In this document: piece after piece, positions 49,281-56,298 of the stretch | Layout: each line of letters starts with the position of its first letter | How positions within the stretch are numbered: the stretch's first letter is position 1 | From: a virus | Virus record (IMG/VR): IMGVR_UViG_3300044922_000290 | Location: 1 to 64,000 of that record | Strand: one strand, 5' to 3' | DNA length: 64,000 bases | Program-made: the position numbers and the translations under genes | Notes under the pieces: generated by a model | The model's database searches: none | What the model was told of the DNA's origin: nothing | Seen by the model: only the letters and a program-made list of their open reading frames with translations

Positions 49281-49586
49281 TTATTGCTCTGTTGATTGAT
49301 TCTCAAAAGCATTAAGGTCAGATTCATCTAAATAAAGAGAATAAAAATGAGCTTCTACAATCATTGAGGCTTCATCATAAGCCCATTGAAGTATATGGCT
49401 AGCATTATTATAATCCTTCATCTTTTTTAAGATAGATAAATAAGGCGCAAAGTCTTTTTGTTCAAATTTATGAGCATTAAATGCCATATTTTGTACAAGA
49501 ACACTTGCTGTAATAACCATATTCCATTTATAAAGGTCGCCTAAATCTCTAAGCAACTCTTCTAATTTTGTTAATTCTTGTTTCAC
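49281..49586 (-). CDS. Hypothetical protein
   Basis: GTG start with A-rich leader. Confidence 0.55.
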   Translation of the reverse strand: MKQELTKLEELLRDLGDLYKWNMVITASVLVQNMAFNAHKFEQKDFAPYLSILKKMKDYNNASHILQWAYDEASMIVEAHFYSLYLDESDLNAFENQSTEQ

Positions 49587-49863
49587 GTTTCTGTTTGTTT
49601 GAGTTAGTAATAAAATAAACTATAGTACTATCAACAGTCTTCAAGTTACTTTATGAAGCTCTAAGTTTAAGCTGAAGAATATACCAATGGTTATACTCTT
49701 GTCATACTATAGTAGTAATTGTAATTCTATCGTACTCTAAATGGAACTTCAATCCACGTCTCTGAGCATACAATAGTTTTCATAGGTTATTTAAGCCTAC
49801 TATTACAAGTAAGAAAGTTCACCCAAAACTGACATTACATCAATCTCAGGTGAACTCAAAGAG

Positions 49864-50214
49864 TTAATTTTCTAAGTGAGATATATGCTCTTTATACATC
49901 ATTTGATCATATACATCTGTTGAAGTACGAGTTTTTAAATAAATCAAGGCTTTATTTTTTAAGTTCTCTTTTTCATTAGATATATCTAAGTTCAAATGCT
50001 CTTTTAACTGTTTACTTGTTAGTAATCCCTGATATTTACCATTTCGGTAGATTTCAGCAGCTAGAAAAGGTTTTGATATAAAAGCAAATTGTTCTTCTCC
50101 ACTTAACCAGTCTTTCCAAATATGTTCTTGGTACGTATGAACTGGTAATAATAGACTTAAAACTATTTTAAGGTCTATATCATTTTTTGGTTGGATTGTT
50201 TCTGTAAAAGTCAT
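49864..50214 (-). CDS. Hypothetical early protein
   Basis: Probable start at MTFTET (50214) after an A-rich leader. Confidence 0.55.
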   Translation of the reverse strand: MTFTETIQPKNDIDLKIVLSLLLPVHTYQEHIWKDWLSGEEQFAFISKPFLAAEIYRNGKYQGLLTSKQLKEHLNLDISNEKENLKNKALIYLKTRTSTDVYDQMMYKEHISHLEN

Positions 50215-50298
50215 TGTTATGTTTTTTGAGTTTGAGCTACCATGCACTCCTTGTATTTATCATTGTTTATACTCTATGAAAGGAACATAAAAGAGTTA

Positions 50299-50409
50299 AT
50301 AATCCCTCTGCACTCAGTTGTAATACACGAGACTATCCGACCTGTCTCTCACGGTTTGATGTATTACAACTGCTCACCCTTGGGAAGTGAGTTATGGTGC
50401 ATTAATTAT
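50299..50409 (-). ncRNA. Twister ribozyme (type-P1, with long P5 insertion)
   Basis: P1 AUAAU/AUUAU; L1 UAA and GAGGG; P2 UGCA/UGCA; P4 CUCAC/GUGAG with loop UUCCCAAGG; T2 CCC:GGG; T1 CC:GG; P5 CAGUUGUAAUACA/UGUAUUACAACUG. Confidence 0.8.
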
Positions 50410-50574
50410 GAAGGTTATCTGAACACCTACAAACGCCAGTAGCTTACTGGATAGACACGAGGTTAAAGGAATCGTGACAATACTTTATTGCTATAATATT
50501 ATAAGATAAACAGGGTAAAATACTACAGTTTTCAGGATGTTGGAAAGGATAGTTGGTAATCCATTATAACAAAT

Positions 50575-50590
50575 TGTTCCACGTGAAACA
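50575..50590. promoter_or_regulatory. parS (ParB/Spo0J-binding) site
   Basis: TGTTCCACGTGAAACA, an exact match to the TGTTNCACGTGAAACA consensus, in non-coding DNA. Confidence 0.8.
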
Positions 50591-50760
50591 TTACATAATG
50601 TATTGACTATCAACACTTTCAGAAGAAAATTAATAAACTATAGCATTAGTAGTGGCCTTGATTATATCTAACATCATTTCACCGTTAAATATAAATGTAC
50701 CCTCCTAAAACACCTAATACTATAGTCTATTAATAGTGTAGCACATAGTGCTTAGAGAAG

Positions 50761-50782
50761 AATAAACTCCCCGTAGGGAGTT
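50761..50782 (-). terminator. Intrinsic terminator after the first leftward gene
   Basis: Minus strand AACTCCC TACG GGGAGTT followed by TATT. Confidence 0.65.
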
Positions 50783-50805
50783 ATATCTCAAGATGATTAA
50801 AGGGA

Positions 50806-51084
50806 CTATTCGTCCCTTTTCATCATCAATGTGTTGCAGGTAACCTCTTTTACCTCACCATTATCATCTGTAATCTCTACCTGTCTTGGGATTACAGTGA
50901 AATGTGCTACATTAATGTCCATTGTAGCACCCTTATTTTCCTGATTATCCAATGAAATGTAGAAGGTTAGTTTACGTGAGATACTGTTATTCTCACCTAC
51001 TTTCTGAGTAGTGTTAGTAACAATCTTGGTGAAAAACTTACCTGAAAGGTCTGACTTGCGTGAAAATTCTACTGTAAATAGCAT
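50806..51084 (-). CDS. Hypothetical beta-rich protein, first gene of the leftward arm
   Basis: 92-aa ORF. Confidence 0.6.
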   Translation of the reverse strand: MLFTVEFSRKSDLSGKFFTKIVTNTTQKVGENNSISRKLTFYISLDNQENKGATMDINVAHFTVIPRQVEITDDNGEVKEVTCNTLMMKRDE

Positions 51085-51325
51085 AAGCTGCGGATTTATT
51101 AAGTTTGTTTATAGAACACGGTGGATGAGTTTCCCCGCTGAACTTATGAGGGGGTGTTGTTTGGGGCTGGAACTTAATTCACTACACATACACCATTTCA
51201 AAAAATATTTCCAAAAATTTTTAGTGGGGGGTATCAAATATCCTATATAAACATGGGGGGTATGTTTTTTATTTTAGTAACTTTTTTGTACCTTGCAAGT
51301 ATAATTGCTATAAAATAATAAGCGA

Positions 51326-51670
51326 ATGCACAAATTACATATACCTATATACGAAATACCTTTATTTGTGTATATAGGATACCCACCTGAAGGTATTAGA
51401 AAGAAGTATAATATAGATCCAGGGTTAGATGCAGTAGCTGCTGTACATGAAATAGAAGGTGCACTTTTAGTATGGTTTCACCCAACAGAATTTATACCAT
51501 CTTTAGTAGCACATGAAGTAATACATCTTAAGAACTTGATATTCACACATATATCTTTTAAACAAGATCCTACAAATGATGAAGCAGAAGCTTATCTTGT
51601 AGAATACTTAGTAAAAGAAATAGAGAAAGTTTTCAAAAAATACAACCTTTCTCAGAAAAAAGTAGTATAA
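51326..51670 (+). CDS. Small zincin-like metallopeptidase
   Basis: VAHEVIH...EAEAYL motif. Confidence 0.7.
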   Translation: MHKLHIPIYEIPLFVYIGYPPEGIRKKYNIDPGLDAVAAVHEIEGALLVWFHPTEFIPSLVAHEVIHLKNLIFTHISFKQDPTNDEAEAYLVEYLVKEIEKVFKKYNLSQKKVV

Positions 51671-51871
51671 TTGCACCAATATAACTTCAATCCCCTATTA
51701 AAAGTCGGAAGATTGTTGGATCAGGTAAATTGATAATCAGTTACTTAATAACTTTAGAAGTTTAGTTTTGACTTCTCCATTTAAGGTTTTGACCCCTTCC
51801 CTTAAATTGGTTCTTTTTAAAGGGGTTTTTCTTAACAATCTGTTTTTTCTGCGAAAAAACTTATAAATTCC

Positions 51872-51902
51872 CTTGTTTATCTAAAAATAATACCTATATT
51901 TG
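51872..51902 (+). promoter_or_regulatory. Bacteroidota sigma-70-type promoter upstream of groEL
   Basis: TATATTTG (51895-51902) matches the -7 consensus TAnnTTTG; TTG lies about 20 bp upstream. Confidence 0.6.
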
Positions 51903-51919
51903 CTCAAAACAATTCAAAA

Positions 51920-53485
51920 ATGAGCAAAATAATAGAATTTCACACAAGATCCCTCCAGAAAGGTGCTAACATTTTAGCAAATGCAGTAAAAGGTACTCTT
52001 GGCCCACAAGGAAGGAATGTAATTCTTTCACGTCAATTCAATGCACCACACATTACTAAAGATGGTGTTAGTGTAGCTTCTTCAATAAAGCTTGAAGATC
52101 CAAATGAAAATCTTGGAGCACAACTTTTACAGGAGATAGCTAACAAAACACTAGAAGTCTCAGGAGATGGTACTACTACAAGTATTGTTTTAGCACAAAC
52201 CATTCTTAATGAAGGACTAAGACTAATAGCTGAAGGCACAAATCCTGTAAAACTAAAGAAAGGTATAGAGCTAGCAACAGTAGAAGCTATACAATCTATT
52301 AAATCACAATCACTACTATTACAATCAGATTCTATTCTTAATGTAGCTACTATATCAGCTAATAATGACTTTACTATAGGTAAACTAATAGCTGATGCTG
52401 TAAATCTAGTAGGAGAAGAAGGTTTAATTACAGTTGAAGAATCAAGGTCTACTGAAACATACATAGAAGTTACAGAAGGACTAAAGATAGATAAAGGGTA
52501 CATTTCACCTTACTTTGTTACTGATCCTAATAAGATGGTAGTAGAATACCAGAATGCACTTATCCTGATTACAGATGAGAAGATAACAGCTACTACTCAA
52601 ATACTTAAGTACTTAGAAGCTTGTGTAAAAGAACAAAGAGCTCTTATTATTATCTGTGAAGACTTATTAGATGAAGCTCTTTCTACTCTTGTAGTAAACA
52701 GAATGAAAGGTATCAAAGTAGCAGCTATCAAAGCTCCTGCACATGGTGACCACAAGAAAGAACTATTACAGGATATAGCTACAATAACTGGTGGTCTATA
52801 TATTACTCAAGATAAAGGATTATCACTAGAATCTTCTCAACTATCTTCTTTAGGACAATCAGATGTTAAAATCTTTAAAGACTCTACCACTCTTATTAAT
52901 GGTAAAGGCAAGAAAGAAGACATACTTATCAGAGTATCTCAAATTAAAGAACAAGCTAAACACGCTGAATTACAGTTTGACCAAGATAGGCTAACCAAGA
53001 GAGCACAGAAACTTTCAGGAGGAGCAGCTGTATTATATGTAGGAGCAACAACTGAAACAGAGTTAAAAGAAAAAGCTGATAGAATAGATGATGCACTTTG
53101 TGCTACAAAAGCTGCAATAGCTGAAGGTATAGTACCAGGAGGAGGAACAGCATTTATAAAAGCAATAGCTTCTATCTCTTCTTCAAAAGATAAAGACATT
53201 CAGTCAGGTATTGACTTAATAAAGAAAGCATTAGAAGCACCTCTTCGTCAAATACTTCAAAATGCAGGACTAGAAGAAGATACTATTATTTCTAAAGTAA
53301 AGAAAGGCAAACAGTTTAATGCCAAGTCAGAACAATATGAAGATCTATTAGTTTCAGGAGTAATAGACCCAACAAAAGTAGTAAGAGTAGCCTTGGAAAA
53401 CGCATCATCAGTATGTGCACTATTCCTAACTACTTCTTGTGTAGTAGCAGAAAAATATATAGAAACCCCAATGAACTTTAATTAA
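51920..53485 (+). CDS. groEL: Chaperonin GroEL
   Basis: TLGPQGRNV, ITKDGVSVA, GDGTTT, GIVPGGG and GVIDPTKV motifs. Confidence 0.97.
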   Translation: MSKIIEFHTRSLQKGANILANAVKGTLGPQGRNVILSRQFNAPHITKDGVSVASSIKLEDPNENLGAQLLQEIANKTLEVSGDGTTTSIVLAQTILNEGLRLIAEGTNPVKLKKGIELATVEAIQSIKSQSLLLQSDSILNVATISANNDFTIGKLIADAVNLVGEEGLITVEESRSTETYIEVTEGLKIDKGYISPYFVTDPNKMVVEYQNALILITDEKITATTQILKYLEACVKEQRALIIICEDLLDEALSTLVVNRMKGIKVAAIKAPAHGDHKKELLQDIATITGGLYITQDKGLSLESSQLSSLGQSDVKIFKDSTTLINGKGKKEDILIRVSQIKEQAKHAELQFDQDRLTKRAQKLSGGAAVLYVGATTETELKEKADRIDDALCATKAAIAEGIVPGGGTAFIKAIASISSSKDKDIQSGIDLIKKALEAPLRQILQNAGLEEDTIISKVKKGKQFNAKSEQYEDLLVSGVIDPTKVVRVALENASSVCALFLTTSCVVAEKYIETPMNFN

Positions 53486-53490
53486 TTAAT

Positions 53491-53766
53491 ATGAAAACAT
53501 CAAATGTAACACCAGTACCTCTTGGAGAAAGAGTTATAGTAGAACCAATAGTAGAAAAACAAGAATCAGAGTTATTCTTAGCTGAAACTAAACTACCGCC
53601 TGCAACACAAGGTATAATAAAAGCTGTATCAGAACAAGTAACTACTTTAAAAGTAGGAGATGTAGTACAGTTTAGTCCTAATACAGGAGTACCTTTACTT
53701 ATGGTAGATAATGCCTACCTATTAATGAGAGTAGGAGATATAATTTGTAAATTTGTTGAACTTTAA
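53491..53766 (+). CDS. groES: Co-chaperonin GroES
   Basis: PLGERVIVE...GIIKAV...LKVGDVVQF...YLLMRVGDII. Confidence 0.9.
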   Translation: MKTSNVTPVPLGERVIVEPIVEKQESELFLAETKLPPATQGIIKAVSEQVTTLKVGDVVQFSPNTGVPLLMVDNAYLLMRVGDIICKFVEL

Positions 53767-54133
53767 AAATATAACTATGAAAGAGATAACCCCAAAAGAA
53801 TACATGGAATCTTTTCTACATTTTGATAACTATAAAATAGAATATACAGATTCTTATGAATCTGACTTCTATAGGTTTAACATTAAAGTAGTGAAAAAAG
53901 ATGAAACATCTTTCGATGTACCTCATTATGCAACTAACGCATATTTAATTAGGAATACATCTTTAGAAACAATTTTAAAAGATTGTCCTTACATTTTAGC
54001 AGATGTAATAAGTTTTACAGTAAATGCCATAATAAAAGATACTGTGGAAAACCCAACATATCAAAAAGACTGTGAAACACCAAAAGTTACGTTGGAAGAT
54101 ACAGATTTTGATAAACTAACCTTTGAATTGTAA
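53753..54133 (+). CDS. Hypothetical protein
   Basis: ORF ending before a terminator. Confidence 0.55.
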   Translation: MLNFKNITMKEITPKEYMESFLHFDNYKIEYTDSYESDFYRFNIKVVKKDETSFDVPHYATNAYLIRNTSLETILKDCPYILADVISFTVNAIIKDTVENPTYQKDCETPKVTLEDTDFDKLTFEL

Positions 54134-54142
54134 TTAAGAAAG

Positions 54143-54165
54143 GAGCTACGAAAGTAGCTCTTTTT
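54143..54165 (+). terminator. Intrinsic terminator
   Basis: GAGCTAC GAAA GTAGCTC TTTTT. Confidence 0.9.
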
Positions 54166-54206
54166 GCTTTTGCAACTAATTAAAAACTATTTCGTATATT
54201 TACCCT

Positions 54207-54389
54207 ATGACAATGCCAAGAGTTTTTTCTATAGAATGTGAATCAGTAACAGGACTTATCAAAGCTACGCTTAATGTAGAGAAGATATTTCAAACCTGTA
54301 TGCTTGAAGGTGAGCATTACCTTACAGAAACTTTTAGCTTAGAGGATAAACACTTTTTAGTTGTTACAGTATGGAACTCAGAGGAATAA
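54207..54389 (+). CDS. Hypothetical protein
   Basis: Follows a promoter-like TTTCGTATATTTAC. Confidence 0.5.
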   Translation: MTMPRVFSIECESVTGLIKATLNVEKIFQTCMLEGEHYLTETFSLEDKHFLVVTVWNSEE

Positions 54390-54667
54390 CAGACCTATAT
54401 AATACAAAGCTAACAGAAGAAGGGCCAAAAGAGTTTCTTGTAAAAAGAAATGCATCTTTTAAAATCTACTGTGAACCTTTTCATTTGGGAGCACATGCTG
54501 AAGTACTTAACATACGCACAGGTAAAGTGTTTAAAGACAGGTGTCAGGTACATATAGAAAATATGGGAGTAGTTGTAGTTAAAATAGCTGCTACCAAACT
54601 AAATGAACTGAAAAAGCAACATTCACAAAATAAGACAGTAGGATTTCATGCGCACAAAGGTAATTAG
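54371..54667 (+). CDS. Hypothetical protein
   Basis: ORF in the late operon. Confidence 0.6.
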   Translation: MELRGITDLYNTKLTEEGPKEFLVKRNASFKIYCEPFHLGAHAEVLNIRTGKVFKDRCQVHIENMGVVVVKIAATKLNELKKQHSQNKTVGFHAHKGN

Positions 54668-55070
54668 GAACTACTTTGAAGACTACAATAGCCTGGAAAA
54701 GTTTAAAGTAGAATTTCTACAAGAGCTGGATAATTGGAAAGATGAAATGATGTTGCATGATTTACATTACGTAGTATTAGAAGAAATCTACTTACAGGAA
54801 ACAGAACCTTCTTATACTTTGCAATACGAGTTTTATTTGCAGGGAAGATATAAATACCACCTATCTTTCTCACAAATAAAAGAACACTCTTTACAAGAAA
54901 AGAAGAATATACCTGTAAAGGTATTTGTCACAATGGCAGAGTTTAAAGATTTATTGCTTGCATATATGACAGAATATCCTGATATTTGTCCAGACAAGAA
55001 TAAATTAGTAGTAAACGGAGTTACATTTAAACTCTACTTAGAAGAAATAAACAATGGTAAAACCATTTAA
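54648..55070 (+). CDS. Hypothetical protein
   Basis: ORF in the late operon. Confidence 0.55.
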   Translation: MRTKVIRNYFEDYNSLEKFKVEFLQELDNWKDEMMLHDLHYVVLEEIYLQETEPSYTLQYEFYLQGRYKYHLSFSQIKEHSLQEKKNIPVKVFVTMAEFKDLLLAYMTEYPDICPDKNKLVVNGVTFKLYLEEINNGKTI

Positions 55071-55542
55071 TATAAAAGTAAAGAATAAACAAGAATTGTT
55101 TTTAGCTTACCTTAAAGCAATAAATTGGACTTTGCCTGAACAGTTAACTGATTCAGAGTTAGAAGTCCTGTCGTATCTTGTGTATTATAATAACTTCTAT
55201 GCAGCTGAAATAAAGTCAGATGAAATAAGGTATGATTTACTATTCTCTTCTTCAACAAAAAAGAAGATAAGGGAAGAGTTTGATATAGATGCACAAAAGT
55301 TTGAGACTTACTTAAATAAACTACGTAAAAAAGGTATTATCACAAATAATACTTTATCTAAACAAGTAGTAATAACAATGGAAGATAAATTAGAAATACG
55401 TTTTACAATGGCTGTAAAAGAAGAACCAAAACCAACAGAAAATGAAAGACCTTCTTTTGATGCCTTTGTAGATGAAGCAATAGAAGTACCTGAATTAAAA
55501 GCAGTAACTTTTATAGATGATGATGACTTAGATATATTATAA
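55054..55542 (+). CDS. Winged-HTH DNA-binding protein
   Basis: LTDSELEVL...KIREEFDI...YLNKLRKKGII. Confidence 0.65.
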   Translation: MVKPFNIKVKNKQELFLAYLKAINWTLPEQLTDSELEVLSYLVYYNNFYAAEIKSDEIRYDLLFSSSTKKKIREEFDIDAQKFETYLNKLRKKGIITNNTLSKQVVITMEDKLEIRFTMAVKEEPKPTENERPSFDAFVDEAIEVPELKAVTFIDDDDLDIL

Positions 55543-55790
55543 TGAAACTGGATTATAGATTAGAAAGATTAGTAGAGAAACATGCCAAAAGGTGCGGTAT
55601 AACTAAAGCAGAAGCTTTGGAAGTAGTATCTGCTTATTTTACTAACATAAAAGATAAGATTACAGGCTCCTCTTATGAAGAAGGGTTTGTGGAAATATAC
55701 ATGCCTAAGTTAGGAGAGTTTTGTCCTAACTATCAAAAAATAGAAAAAGTACATGAAGTTATTGAAGCTAGAAAACAACAACCTTTGTAG
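55542..55790 (+). CDS. HU/IHF-like protein
   Basis: AKRCGITKAEALEVV...IYMPKLGEF, as in crAss-type IHF homologs near the terminase. Confidence 0.6.
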   Translation: MKLDYRLERLVEKHAKRCGITKAEALEVVSAYFTNIKDKITGSSYEEGFVEIYMPKLGEFCPNYQKIEKVHEVIEARKQQPL

Positions 55791-56298
55791 CATTACTCCT
55801 GAAGCATTAGGATTAAAAGCTTTTAGGGATATATGGGAAAGGGATAAAACCAAAAATAAAGACAGGGCTAAACTAGATTTAGCCTTTGTATATTTTTACG
55901 CTGACTGGACTTCTGTATTCAAACTATTTGAGAAGCAGCTAAAGATAGAAAAGTTAGAAGAAGAAATATACGACAAAAAGTATAAGTGTGATGAACTTGT
56001 ATTAGCTGCATGCGAATTGTACGAAGTAATACAAAATGAATCTTCTTTCTCCTTAAAATTCTTAAACTCAATAAAAGAGTCTGCTGTAAATATATCTAAC
56101 TATCTAAAGACCATAAGATTAGAAGAAAGAACTAAGCTAGGTGGACAGGTTTATAATGTAGCACAAATACAAAAAGCCATTTCAGATTTTCCTGAAACAA
56201 TAAAAAAGATTACTGAAATGGAGAAAGTAGTAGAAGCAGAACTAACTCAAAAAGATAACTTAAGAGGCGGGGCTGAAAAATCAACATTTGAGGATTAA
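55753..56298 (+). CDS. Conserved protein upstream of terminase (small terminase candidate)
   Basis: Directly upstream of terL; RDKTKNK...FVYF and C-terminal RGG...FED. Confidence 0.55.
   Translation: MKLLKLENNNLCSITPEALGLKAFRDIWERDKTKNKDRAKLDLAFVYFYADWTSVFKLFEKQLKIEKLEEEIYDKKYKCDELVLAACELYEVIQNESSFSLKFLNSIKESAVNISNYLKTIRLEERTKLGGQVYNVAQIQKAISDFPETIKKITEMEKVVEAELTQKDNLRGGAEKSTFED

Noticed and set aside
49579-49588. Half parS-like ACGTGAAACA on the minus strand
   Set aside because: Explained by a GTG start plus Lys-Gln codons; the other half-site is missing.
50242-50442. 66-aa plus-strand ORF
   Set aside because: It lies antisense to the twister ribozyme and against the local gene direction.
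51011-51250. 79-aa plus-strand ORF
   Set aside because: It overlaps the leftward gene and the G-tract region and has no protein-like features.
51150-51260. Intramolecular G-quadruplex from the four G-tracts
   Set aside because: The central loop is about 59 nt, too long for a confident call; kept only as a terminus or origin candidate.
42305-51325. CRISPR array or diversity-generating retroelement
   Set aside because: No regularly spaced direct repeats, no reverse transcriptase and no template/variable repeat pair seen.
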